A DNA stretch of 64,000 nucleotides from Takakia lepidozioides (taxonomy: Eukaryota; Plantae; Bryophyta). This document shows, piece by piece, positions 51,580 through 64,000 of this stretch (positions are counted from its first letter, which is position 1; every line of letters starts with the position of its first letter). The translations under genes and the position numbers were made by a program. The notes below the pieces were generated by a model. The model was not told where the DNA came from. It was given only the letters and a program-made list of their open reading frames with translations, and did not search any database. The stretch spans positions 85,622,001 to 85,686,000 of the forward strand of contig CM060731.1 of NCBI GenBank assembly GCA_030704615.1. The letters run 5' to 3'.

Positions 51580-54500
51580 ATGGGATTCATCGTAGGGATA
51601 CTGTTTGGATTTCTGGTGGGAGTGGCGATAGTGGCAGGGCTAGACTTCGCTATGCAATTTCGGAGCCGAAAGAGAATCCTGAAGGTGCCCAGGTTCCTCA
51701 TTTTTTCTCCTCCTAACCGTGGTTTGTTTCCATGACATCATTCAGAAGTTCCAACCTTCGTTTTCTTCGGGGAGATTACTAAACTTATGATATACTTCAG
51801 AGTGCATGAGGTTTAGCTTGTTCGTGTCTGGTTGAATTCTTCTAGGCAAGTGGAAGATGCACAGTGTCGAGGTAAGGAGATTCTTTCAACCTAGAATCGC
51901 ATTGTGAGAGCTGAAATGTTTTGTCATCAAGGAGGCATCTTTGTTCTATTATAGTCCGGTTACCCACTAAAAGCTCCATGTGGCCACATAAATCGTAGCC
52001 AAAGGCATCTACCAGATGCCTGTGCCAGGTGATGTTCGAGATAGGTACACTGTGAGGGAGACAGGAAATGTACGCACTTGGAGGGACGTCATGAACAAGT
52101 GAGAGTATGGAGGGTGAGAGAAATACCTGGTATGGGAATGTAGGAGGGAATTTCTACGGATATACCAAATGTGTGAGGGTCATCCATTGACGAAGGAGGC
52201 ACATGGAATAGCAAACAGAAATGCCTGTTGCTGGAAAGTACTACAGAATGTGTTTTATAGATATATAGCAAGTATGTGGGAGTTATCCACTGTGAATCAA
52301 AGCTTGGTGAAAGCTGTACCACAAGCACTTCGTCAATTTCTCCAGTTTCAGTCTAGCACTCCCAGCTGGATTTCCTTGAAAAGATCGCATTTTTTTCTTA
52401 TCCAAGATTTGCCATTCGTATTATACTAAAAATGCACGGTATGTGCAAGTCACTTGGAAATCAAGAAAAATGTACTGAGTGTCGAGGTGAAAATGGTTCA
52501 GTGCAAGACAGTGGAACAAGGTCAGCAGCGAGGTGTAATCTTATTGCATCTTGTGTTAGTCTACGTAGAATGCAAGCATCCAATGGGCATGGCATGAGAC
52601 CTTTTGTATACTATGGCGACTAATCTTCAGCATCAATTGCTTCTTTTGAAAAAAAGGCGGCAGGTGTTCAACGCCTGGGATGGATTCAACTAGAGGAGTT
52701 AAGAAAGCTCTGTGGTACCAGCTATCCTTCTTGGATCTCATTTCCTACCTTTGAGAAGGTAACCACTGCTTCCGATTCCCCCCTACCCCTCCATTCCTCC
52801 CTCTGCCCCAAGTTGTGTATACAAGGCTATGGCAAGCAACTGTAATGGGGACATCTCTGGGTCTCTGTCTCTCTTTTTGACTCTTATGAAATTAATTTCT
52901 TCTCGTTGTCATTGGAGAGTCCCCCTTCCCTCCTTTTCCTTTCCCAGCCTAAAATTTGTCAACTTTCTCTCGCCGGCCAGCTTTTCTCTTCTCTGTGGCT
53001 ATACTGAAGCTCAGGTCTGGCTAGTTGTTTTGTCAGTGTGATCTGACAGTTTCTTATTTCTCATGTCACCTGATAAATTTCATCTCTGCCTTGTTTTGTG
53101 TGCAAGTTCGATTACCAGTGACCTGCTCATATGTAGTTGTGCTTACAGTTTTGACAAGTCCAGCTCAATTTTGCAGGTTAAATGGTTGAACAAAAACCTT
53201 GAGAAAATTTGGCCATCTGTGACAGCGGTATGAAGTTACACATCTGGGCACACCTTTTCATTTGCTCTTCAATTCCATTTGAACTAGAAAATTTGGTGAT
53301 AGCAACAGAGAATATGCAGATGTTGCAAGTTATAGGTACTTGGATTTGCTTGACCAATACTTTTGATCACTGTACAATTCTGTTTTTAGATGTCAATAAT
53401 GTTCTCTTGTAGGGTTGGTATTTCAAAGCATGTGTTGCTGATTTTCTTTCTATAGGAGGGAGTATGGAAGGAGAGGAAGCTTGACGCACCTTGAGATAGG
53501 ATATCTAGGAAGAGGAAGAACTGTAGCATGAAAAATTGATGTAGTTCTTACATTAATTGTTTATGCATAGCCTTCTAGCATATAACATATAGAGAAACGG
53601 TATCTGCAGGGAGCTGAAGAGTTGATAAGAGAAACTGTTGAACCAATGTTGGAGGCATACCGGCCTATGGGAATCAACTCGTTGAAGTTCGAGAAACTGA
53701 CGCTTGGTACTGTCGCTCCAAAAATTGATGGTGAGTGTTATTGGATTGCTGTTGTGCGTGGTTTTTGGAGATCTGAACATCAAGTTACAGGTGCACTCAA
53801 GAATTGGATGGTGAGTGTTATTAGATTTCTTTTTGGCATGGTTTGTACAGGATTCCAATGTCAAATTGCAAAGGCACTCATTCTTTAAGTGACCCTTGTA
53901 TTATTATTGACAGCACTGTATCCAACCTGGCAATGCCAATGGTGGTATGAGTTGTCAGCTTAAGTTTGTAACATCTATTCCATCGGAGAATATAAACGAA
54001 GACCTGTTGTTTGTAAGCCCTTTGCCTACTGTGCATTGTAGACATCATTTGACTGGGATATTGGCTCGCAGGAATTAGTGTCCAGAGCTTACGCAAGAGC
54101 CAAGTTATCATGGACTTGGAATTTCTGTGGGGCGGGAATCCTAGCATCATTCTTGGGGTCCAGCCTGTTGTTGGTCCAGCATTGCCTGTCCAGGTACCTA
54201 ATGAATCTGGTTGCTCTGTGATCTAACATACCTCAGCTTGAAATTTCAGGTAGCAACAACTGTGTGCAGTGTGTTGAAATAAAAACTGTTCCTCCCAAGT
54301 ATAACAATGGGGATTTTCTTTGTAATATGTTGGTAGGCTAGACATTTTTGAATTGCCTTGTTTCCATGCAGGGTCTCTTGCTAAACTCATCCTTTTTCCT
54401 GCATCTTCACGCGGGAAGTTTGGTAGACTAGATTACCTTTTAGGGCCTTCGGTTGTAGGTTATGAAGGGAGCATTGAAAGTATGTTGTTCATTGGACTTA

Positions 54501-57084
54501 ACCGCTGTCTATGAATGTTGTGTTTGACATTTTTTGCAGTTGAAAGATTTATCCTTCTTTGCAACAGTTCGAGTGATGTTTCAACTATCAGAGGAGATCC
54601 CTTGCATCTCAGCTGTTGTGGTTGCACTTTTAGCCAAGGTAAATGTGATAGGCAGTGGATCGACTTATGTTGGTTCAATTCAGGAATGGTTAATTGTGTA
54701 CCAAATTTCCCTGTCTATCTGTATTTTCCCATCGTTGACACTGAATAGACCCTATGCATCCAGTTTCTTTTACTCATTTCCTCTTGATGCAATCTCTACT
54801 CCCTTTCTTATACACTTGTGACAAAGGATCTTATAAATGTTGGACTGGTCACCTGCAGCCTGTGCCACAAATAAAGTACACTCTGAAAGTCATAGGAGGC
54901 AGCATGGGAGCGATTCCTGGCCTGAGCCAGATGATCGATGTAAGTAGTAGTGACATCAATCCTTCCATAGTGTTGTTTCTTCAAGTATCGCAATACAGGT
55001 CGTCGTCGCTCTTCCTTGATGGTGATCAATTACAGAAGACCCTGACAGAGTAGTGAGACAGAGTAGACATGTTTGTGGGGAATGTGATGGTTTCTCTGCC
55101 ACTGAACTATGTGCACGGTATCTTAAGAGAGAGAAAGAGAAAGATGTTATTCTCTTTAAGGAGTGTAACCAGCTGTTGTGCATCTGCTGATGGTCTGGCA
55201 CACTTTTCTCTCTGTAGGACTTGGTCCAAAGTCTTGTGGTTGATCAAATGCAATGGCCACACAGAATTGTTGTCCCCATTGGCAATGTACCTCCAGATGT
55301 TATGAGGTGTGTGCATCTATCTCTCCCTATCTTTTGACCCCATCCATCGAACTAAGCAACTAAGAGTGCAGTGTTGAGGGTTGCCCAAGAGTTTTAAGTG
55401 CAGTATGAGACGTCCATACTGTCCACTTTGGGGTGTGATGGATGGTGGTTTTGAGAGAGTAAGAAGCTCGTGTCTTTCCTGGGAGGCAAGCTGCAAAGTT
55501 GGACCACCTTAGAACTTTTCTGAAGGTGGATGTCATTCAACTCTTGCAAGGTGGTTATGTGCTACCACATGTAACAGATCACTATATATGATCTCAGAAT
55601 TACGGGTTAGCAACTTTAAGGAGACCTGTTTCTTAGGCATTATCGCTATAAATGCAAGCTGTACTTGCAGTCTGAAGTAAGGTATTAATTCTCTGTTCAT
55701 GGGTGGCGGCAGCAACTTGGAGCTTATGCTGCAGGGCTGTCTGACTGTGACAGTAGTACGGGCCACTAACCTGAAGAACAAGGAGATGGTTGGGAAGTCA
55801 GATCCATATGTTGTCCTGTATGTACGAGTACTTTTCAAAGAGAGAACACGAACGATTGATGACAACCTCAACCCGGAGTTTAACGAATTCTTTAAGTTGA
55901 ATGTCGAGGACCAAGAAACACAGTCTCTAGTTCTGCATGTTTGTATCCCCCCACCCTGCCCCCCCTCTCACTCTGCCCATGTAAGAGATGTAGAGTTTGT
56001 GTCTTCTCTTTTTTCTGTTTCTCTGTGGAGTCCATGCCTCTTCAAGGGGTGACTCTGGCCTAACCTTGGCTTTATAACTGAGTAATCATTTTGAGATGGG
56101 GGCTCTTCTGCAATTTATAATGAGGAGGGTAGTCCCAGTAGCATTGCGAACAAATACAGATAAGGATGTGAAGGGCTCTATCAAAATTTCACCCCGGTTT
56201 TCATAGCTTATGATCATCAGTCATCATCCATCTCAACATGGAAAGCTGCTCTGTTTGAATGGTTATCATTAATTTGTGAACTGATCTGCAGGTCAAGGAT
56301 CAAGATATAGGAGAGGACAAATCGCTTGGTATTGTGGCAGTTCCGTTGGTGGCCATGAAACCTGATGAGTTGACAGAAATGACATTAAAATTATGCTCCT
56401 CTTTGGACACAGACAGAGTGAAGAACAAAGGCAATCGTGGCACCCTGATTATCAAAGTAAGCAAACACATGTTCTCCTATTTAGCTGAAGTCAGAAGCTG
56501 AAAGGCAAGGTTTTGTTTCTTAATTCTGGATAACTGCTGAATTTCGTCTTAAATAGTTTGCTTTCTTGCCTACCAGTGCTTGTTCAGTATTCCCACGAGT
56601 TAAAGAGGGAAGTGCAGGCAAAGCACGGGGAGAAATATTTAAGTCATACTTGCAACATGAACCCAGTGTTGGATTGATAGAGGTAGGATGACTGGCCGGG
56701 TTGGGGTTGATTTTGAAGGACTGATGCTTAATTTCTCGGAGCATAGGAGTAGTCGTGGTTGCATTCTAACACCTCTTCTACTTACAGGTGAAGTACCATC
56801 CCTTTACAAAGGAGGAACAAGTCGCTGCAATGGAGGCTGAGAAAAAGATCATAGATGCCAAAGAAAAGGCCAAGGCTGCAGGGCTGATAGGAGGCACGAT
56901 GGATGCTGTGGGAGGGGGCTTGAAACTTGTCAGTGGTGGCGTTGGTGCTGTGGGCAGTGGTGTTGGCATGGTGGGGACTGGATTAGGCAAGGCTGGCAAA
57001 ATGATGACCCGTGGGGTGACTCGACATTTTAGCAGCAATAAGCTCAATGCAAGCCCAATGCATGAAAATGGATCCTCTAAGTAG
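51580..57084 (+). CDS. CLB1: Synaptotagmin-like / calcium-dependent lipid-binding protein (TM-SMP-C2), CLB/SYT7/NTMC2T4 type, 485 aa
   Basis: Exons: 51580-51684, 52657-52758, 53177-53227, 53610-53730, 54072-54193, 54540-54638, 54859-54939, 55218-55306, 55713-55938, 56292-56456, 56788-57084 (1458 nt, phases consistent). N-terminal TM MGFIVGILFGFLVGVA. SMP motifs WISFPTFEKVKWLNK and EEIPCISAVVVALL. C2 motif NLKNKEMVGKSDPYV. Gly-rich tail. Confidence 0.93.
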
Positions 57085-58699
57085 CAACCATCGTTTGAGC
57101 TTGCCAAAATCATCAGTTGATTTCTAACTTTATGGTCGGGTATAACTATTATGGAGATCAGTGTCTAGAGCAATCTGGGGTGTGCCTATATAAGCCCAGA
57201 GGCTGCTACGTAAATGCATGGTACTTTGTTGTCTCATTAAGCCTGAGGGTGGTTTGAATCACTGGGTGGGAATGTAAGCCAGTGGAACCGCCAAGTTGGA
57301 AGGTATGCATTGTTTCCTACAGTGCTTTGGTGTACATTTCATCACAGTTTTGGAAGTGGGCTGCTCTTGCTATCGTGAGACTTGGAGATGGGAATAGCAA
57401 GCACTGCTGTTTTTGGAGCCTGTGCCTCTTCACTGTACTGTACTCCCATGTGTTCATCATCGGCAGGTTCATTATTATGGCCATGTGTCGTCGGCATGAC
57501 TATTTTATGGGGCTTTTCTATGGCGAATTCCGTGAGCTATCTTTTTGCCCAAGTGGTTTATTGCATGGCTTTGGTAGTTAAGGTTTATGTGTGAGTATTG
57601 ATAAAGTAGAGAAGGTGAATGTCTCCAGATGTCTTACTTGAAGTTGCACCTGAAAGGCCATGAATGTAGCATGAGGTGTGCCCATGGTGTGGAGCCTAGC
57701 AATACAGAATCTGCCTTAAGAGTTTCCATGTAGAGTTTTGCATGTAAGGGTGTCTAGGTCTGGATAGAGACTATGGGAGGTAGTCTACACTAGTTGCACA
57801 TTTGGTTACTTTCATACAGGAGCAACTCAAAGGAATTAGATAGGTCCTTTGGAATCAGATCTAGGGGGGACACTGTAAATTACGGAAGCCGATGAATAAG
57901 GCTGTGTTTTCCTATGTTGCAAAGTGAGGCCAAGCTACTGATCAGCTTGTTTGTAGTTGGTTCAACCCCCCCCCCCCCTGCTCTGTAATTATTCATTCAT
58001 AATGTTAATGACTATCTTTTACTGGATGAGTGAGTTGTCTCGGGGCAAGTATTAGCTGTATTTTAGTTTGACCTACTAGTTGGCCTCTGCCGTTGTCTCA
58101 GGCTCCACTCTAGGGGGTTGTCTTCATAGTTGTGTTGTCTTTCACAAATTTGGTTTCCTTGGCCATTTAGTGTAGCCGGCGGGAGGCAGGTATACTCCTT
58201 GACCCATACCATGTGCAACTAACCCTATAGTGGGCTGGCTTAATCATGTATGGCGTCCCGTTTGCACCCTCACCATTGTCATCCAGTCTGCACTTCTCAC
58301 AAGTGAGAACTGAGTTCTCACGCGCGAAAACAGTGAAATCGTCAAAATGGGGGTCTGTGGACGGTTTGCACTTTCTTCTTTTTTGTCTGCATTTAAAACT
58401 TATTTTCCACCCCCTTGTTTCTCCAACTTCACCGTCCGACCCCTTGCCTCCTACCCCTCGCTGAGATTTCCACCGGTAACCAGCCGGCATACCACTTGCC
58501 GGATTGTTGTATTGCCGGTAACTGTCGACTTCCAGATTGTCATTGCCGGCAAAATCCAAGTACAATTTTGCAGCGTTTCTCAGCAAACTTTCCCTGCATG
58601 CAACTAGCATGCATGTGCTCATGTAATGTATGTACTATGTACCAGTGGCAACCAGCATATGTGCTCTGGATGAATGGCATCATACCATGGATGACAATG

Positions 58700-61600
58700 T
58701 CCATTGCATTTTGCATCGGCGAGATCGTTTAGAAATATCTCTATGGGCTATGCTCAACAATGGTGGCAGAAACGCCTTCATGACCAAGGTCCAAACCCAG
58801 AAACCTTGAGCTGGAGTGGGTTCAAGGAACTTATGAAAAAACAATTTGTGCCCCTCAATGCGTTCTGGCTCGCCCGAGACAAGATGAGGAATTTGAAGCA
58901 AACAGTTGACATTCGGGGATATGTTCAGGCTTTCAATGTGCTGTTGCTCGAAGTCGTGGATATGGAAAAACCAGAAATGGTCTTCAACTTTGTGGTGGGA
59001 CTAGCCCCATGGGCCAAGCGGAAGTTGGAGGAGAAGCCACCTAAGACTTTGAACGAGGTAATTGAAAGGGCTGAATGTTTCTCGGATGTCCATAGGGGCA
59101 AAAGACAAGGCCGTACGGAGCTGAACCACAAGAAGACCCAGCGGGAGGGTGACTCCTTCCGACCGGAAAAGAAGTGGGATAGACCACGCGGTGACAATGG
59201 CACATGGAAATCGAAGGGAGGGCCTTCACACGTCAAGGCGGCACCCGATGCTCCGAAAGAAAAATCAGGTGCGGCGGCTTATGGCGGATAGAAGGTAACC
59301 TTCGATGGAGTGTGCTTTAATTGCGGGGAGCCCGGGCACATGGCCAAGAAGTGCGCGAAATCCCGACAATTGAACGTGACTCGGGCGACCACGGAGCTGT
59401 CCGAAGATTCCATCAGCCGCTTGGTGGAAGTGGTGGTCGCCAAGACTTGCAAGGTAGGCAACTACTCTTGGGAGTTGTATTAGGAGACTGGCGTCCTGCA
59501 TAAAGGGAGTCAGTTAATGTTCGTGAGTGGGATAATTTTTGGATCTAACGTGTCGTTGTTGGTGGACACAGGAGTGTCGCATTCCTTTATGACACCGGCA
59601 ACGGCACAGAAACTGGGCCTCCCGACAAGTGATGTGGGGGCCTCTATTGATGCGTTTTGCCAAAAGAGAACCACAACTAGCGACGAGGTTGGCGTTCGAT
59701 GTTCTTCTTCAGCTGGGGAGTTGGGAGGGACGTGATAACTTCACCATTTGCGAGATCGATGGAGTGGATCTCATTTTGGGGATGACCTTTCTGAGCAAAT
59801 CCGGAGCGGTCATAGATGGCCACAAGTGAATAGTCACGCTACCGTGTGGGAATGGTGGCAAAGTTTTATGGGTTTAAAAAATGCCCAACCGAGTGGGAGG
59901 GCAAATAAACCTGCTGTCAGCAAAGGAGTGGGCCGTGGAGGAGCCACACGAGCCCCAGTTTTTGCTTTACGTAAGACAAGTGAAAGGAGAAGTCGATAGG
60001 GAGCCGAGCCGAGATTGGATCAAGGGGATCTTGGAGAATACCAGGATGTGATGCCAGAGGACTTACCAAGCGGCTTGCCACCGCGAAGAGGAGTTGACCA
60101 CAAGATTGAGGTGATATCGGGATCGGAGCCGCCTGCCAAGGCGCCCTACCAGTTGAGCCACAAAGAGTCGGTCGAGCTGAAGGCTCAGCTCAAGGATCTA
60201 ATGTCAAAGGGGTACATCCGGCCGAGTAAGTCACCTTACGGAGTCCCGGTGCTATTCGCAGATAAGAAGGATGGGACGCTGCAGATGTGTGTCGATTACA
60301 GGGCTCTAAATAAGGTGACTATAAAAAACTGGTACCCTTTGCCAAAGATCGACGACCTCTTCGATCGGTTGGCAGGAGCAAAGTATTTCAGCCGGATCGA
60401 TTTGTGCTCCGGCTACCATCAAATCCGAGTGGCAGAAGGAGATGAGGAGAAGACCGCGTGCATGACAAGATATGGTCCATATGAGTTCTTGGTGATGTCT
60501 TTTGGGCTCACCAACGCACCCGCGACCTTTAGCACGCTAATGAACAGCCTTTTCCATGATTGGTTGGATGACTTTGTGATCGTGTACATCGACGACATCT
60601 TGGTGCACTCGAAAACAAAGGAAGAGCACCTGGAGCACCTGGAGCACCTCAAAAGGGTGTTCCAGAAATTGCGGGAAGAGAAGCTATATGCAAAAGCTTC
60701 AAAGTGCGAATTCGGGGTCACAAAAGTGGAGTTCCTAGGGCATGTGATTACACAAAATGGGATCAAAATGGATGACAGAAAGGTGAGGGCAATCTTGGAC
60801 TAGGAGCCTCCGAACTCGCTCACGGGAGTGCGATCCTTCCTAGGACTCGCCTCCTATTACCAAAAGTATGTGAGAAATTTCGCCAAGATCGCGGGGCCGT
60901 TGTCAGACCTTCTGTGTAAGTCCAAGGTATGGGTATGGAACATCTTTTGTGGCCAAGCTTTGCCGAGTTGAAGTAGCGGATGGCGGAAGCTCCAGTCCTG
61001 AAAATCCCGGAGTTCGACCGTCCATTTGAGATTCATACAGATGCGTCGGACTTCGCAATTGGGGGTGTGCTCATGTAGGATGGACGTCCAGTGGCTTACA
61101 AAAGTAAGAAACTGAATGAAGTGGAGCGACGGTGGCCTACACACGAGAAAGAAATGAAGGCAGTGATGCATTGCCTTGAGCTTTGGCGCCACTATGTTGG
61201 TTCCAACCCGGTGAAGGTGTTCACGGACAATGTGACGGTGAAGTATTTTGCCACGCAGCCTAAGTTGTCCCCAAAATAACTTAGGTGGCAAGACTCTTTG
61301 GCAGTGTTCGACGTGGATATACAGTACAAACCGGGATGGGACAATGTGGTGGCCGATGCTTTAAGTAGAAAGCAGCAGCTCATGTTAGTGTACAAGAGTA
61401 AGACGGCGTTCCAAAGGAAGATCCGGAAGGCTTACCGGAAGGATAAGATGACGAAGTCCGTGATGCAGGATTTGAGGATGGGAGTTAAATCACAGTTCCA
61501 TTTGCACAATGGACTGCTCCGGTACAAGCAAAAGCGCCTCTACGTGTCGAATGGAGGGATCAGAGATAGTCTCTTGAGAGAATGCCACGATGGCCCGCTT

Positions 61601-61962
61601 GCGGGCCACGGCGGAGCCAAGCGCACCGCGGCACTCTTGAAGAAAGAGTATTTCTGGCCCAAACTGAGGGAGGAGGCCGAGGAGTATGTCAAGACATGCA
61701 CCACATGCCAACAAAACCGGAGCGAGTATAAAAAGCAAGCGGGGCTGTTACAACCCTTGCCGATTCCAGAGGGGTCTTGGGAAAGTGTCTCGATGGATTT
61801 CATGACTACTATGCCGCTATCAAAAGGATTCGATGCAATCATGGTGGTGGTGGATAGGTTCAGTAAAATGGGCCATTTCATTCCCACCAAGGAGACGGCA
61901 ACGGCGCAGGAGACGGGGCGACTTTACTTCGCCCACGTCTTCAAGCATCATGGACTCCTGAA
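58700..61962 (+). mobile_element. Ty3/gypsy chromovirus (Tcn1-like) internal region: gag, CCHC, protease, RT, RNase H, truncated integrase (pseudogene)
   Basis: gag LKQTVDIRGYVQAF; CFNCGEPGHMAKKC; LVDTGVSHSF; [10 protein letters not shown]...YIDDILV; HTDASDFAIG; CHDGPLAGHGG. The RH-INT part is a close paralog of 26791-28071. Many stops. It is cut at about 61963 by a MULE-type TIR. Confidence 0.93.
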
Positions 61963-64000
61963 GGGGGTTGCTATTCCATGAGCTCATGAGCCCATTAGCG
62001 GGCATGCATGAGCCATGAGCCGCCAAGTAACACACTACGAATAACGGCAGGTTTTTGTTTTAGGAAAAAAACCATAAAATAATCGAAAGTGGTATTTTTT
62101 AATACTTTGTGAAGATCAAAATTTGCTTTTCGAAGATTTCCGCGCTCATGCTTGAAACACTCCGCTCATGATTAACAGTATCCGCTCATGACCGAGAGCC
62201 CAAGCTCATGTACCGCCAGCCCAGATCATGGAAAAACTGCATACTGGCCAATAACGGCGCCACAATTACCCCACAGGAAGGGGCGCCCGTGGAATTACAA
62301 TCGAGTTTTCCAGACTCCCAACACGCAATGTGGGCCTGTAACCGTGGATTGTACTTTTCTAGAACTATAGGCTGGCTGGGGATAACGGCGCCGAAATTGG
62401 GCACCGGAAAACCAATAGGCGGCTGAAGGCTCCGGAGTGAAGGCAATAACGGCGCCAAAATAGAGGACTCGGGGTCCTGCCAGACGCGCAATGTGGACCT
62501 GTTATCGTGGATAGTACTTTTCCAAGATTTCACGATTCTCCAGGACTTCAAAATAAGTGATGTTCCCTGATAACGGCACGGAAATTGGGCACCCATGTCC
62601 AGAAGATGTCGGTTGATTTGGCCGCAATGAAGCATCAAAGGCGCCGAAATGTAGGACGGTTGACCCCAAAATGGGGCCCGAGACTGGCAATTGCAAACTA
62701 TGCTGAATCTTGTGGTGTATGTGTGCAATAAATGTACCGACATGTGGAGAAATTTTGAGTTTTGCCCCATACTACGTTGGTGGTGGAGCAATGATATCCA
62801 ATTTTGCCGTCATTTGTGGGGGCCATTTCATGATCATCGATTGACCGGGTTCCCTCTTCATGGGATGCATCAGCGCCCACATGATGCATTAAGAGATCCT
62901 CCATGGCTTGCACATCCTCCTGGTTAATTCCATGCTCATTGTTGTTGTCACTGTCACTATCACTGTCATCGTCATCATCGTCCGGTACCGTGGGGGCGAC
63001 GTCTCGCCCACGACTCCCGCCTGATGTACTTGGGTTGTTTTTGGATGGGGTGCCAAGAGAAAAGACCGGGAAGGGATGGACAAAGTCCTGATACGAACAA
63101 ATGAACATAGGGACATATATTATAATGTGTCCTTGCAACCATACACTTCATTACAAGCGAAATGCAAACAACAACCTTCAATGTGTGTGTGCATCAAATA
63201 TGTCATTTAATAATTACATGTATGTGCGCAACGTACACGCATGCAAAGTTTCAAACCCAAACAAAATCATTTGCCCCCCCAATAACGCATTCACCCTATC
63301 AACCAATTTTTGTTTATTAATGTGAAAGAAAATCCTCTCATGCCATTGCACCCAACAAACGGATGTGGCTCAAGCTTCATTTTTTTCTACATGCGCTTAA
63401 ATATGTGTGCAACACCTGTACAAAGATCCAGCAGGGGGAATAAATAAATAATTGCCTCCCCAACGACGCACTCACCCTTGCACCAATTTTGAATTAAATC
63501 GAATTTAAATGAATTTAAAATAAATATTTGCATTTAGAAAATATATGATTGCGGTTTTGAGGGGCGTAATGATTTTATTTTTAGCTCTATTTTGTTCTGC
63601 AACATCGGGCTTTGCACCATTACATTCCTGCAAAAAATGGGACAAAAAAAAAATGGAAAAAAAATAAGTGTGTTTCTAGGGTCACTTTTGCATAACTCTC
63701 TATGAAGAGTCTATAACGTTGAAGATAACTCAACTTTGGAGTGCAAATGAGAGAACAAAATCTGGTTATGGGTCCAAATGACTTTTGTTTACTCCCAAAT
63801 TTTGCACGCACTTTGCATATGCTATCATTAAGTATATGGCTTGAAAATGGAATAAAAAATATATATATCTGCAAGCGAAACACAATTTTCCGTCTCTATG
63901 ACACGTAGTTGCGTTCAACACTAGAATGACCCATTGAATCAACTTGATTCAAGCTCATATTTGGTCCGCATGTGCATAAGTATGTTTAGATCACATATGC
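61963..64000. mobile_element. MULE copy E: one terminus and subterminal region, running off the window
   Basis: GGGGGTTGCTATTCCATGAGC with CATGAG repeats interrupts the integrase at HHGLLK. ATAACGGCGCC repeats lie at 62250-62650. Confidence 0.7.

Noticed and set aside
58167-58622. 151-aa minus-strand ORF as a gene
   Set aside because: No recognisable motif or splice partners; it lies against a gypsy gag fragment.
62033-62045. CACTA terminus (CACTACGA)
   Set aside because: It lies within the MULE-type subterminal region, with no CACTA subterminal repeats or partner end.
1-64000. tRNA/rRNA genes or prokaryotic contamination
   Set aside because: None was recognised. The ParB-MTase gene has spliceosomal introns and is embedded among plant TEs.

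Overview
Eukaryotic, intron-containing plant DNA. A non-seed land plant (bryophyte or lycophyte grade) is inferred from the Tcn1-type chromoviruses, the Dualen-like LINE and the gene homologies. Two intact host genes are present: a 7-exon TPR/kinesin-light-chain-like gene (minus, 8394-12868) and an 11-exon SMP+C2 synaptotagmin of CLB/SYT7 type (plus, 51580-57084). The rest is mostly nested transposon debris: two inverted CACTA ends, Ty3/gypsy fragments, LINE 3' ends, a hAT MITE, and up to five Mutator-like (MULE) pieces, four with transposase sequence. One MULE is inserted, with TIRs and a TSD, inside another MULE's transposase. The standout is a previously split-up 9-exon minus-strand gene (15634-22714, about 1,080 codons). 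It joins an N-terminal ParB/Sulfiredoxin-like domain (DGNHR) to a C-terminal beta-class N4C/N6A DNA-methyltransferase fold, a phage/plasmid-type architecture. Its 3-kb first intron is almost entirely an array of about 25 copies of a 36-bp palindrome at a 116-bp period. A second, unrelated 4.6-kb palindrome array sits inside the nested MULE. All domain calls come from hand translation and motif recognition, not from searches.
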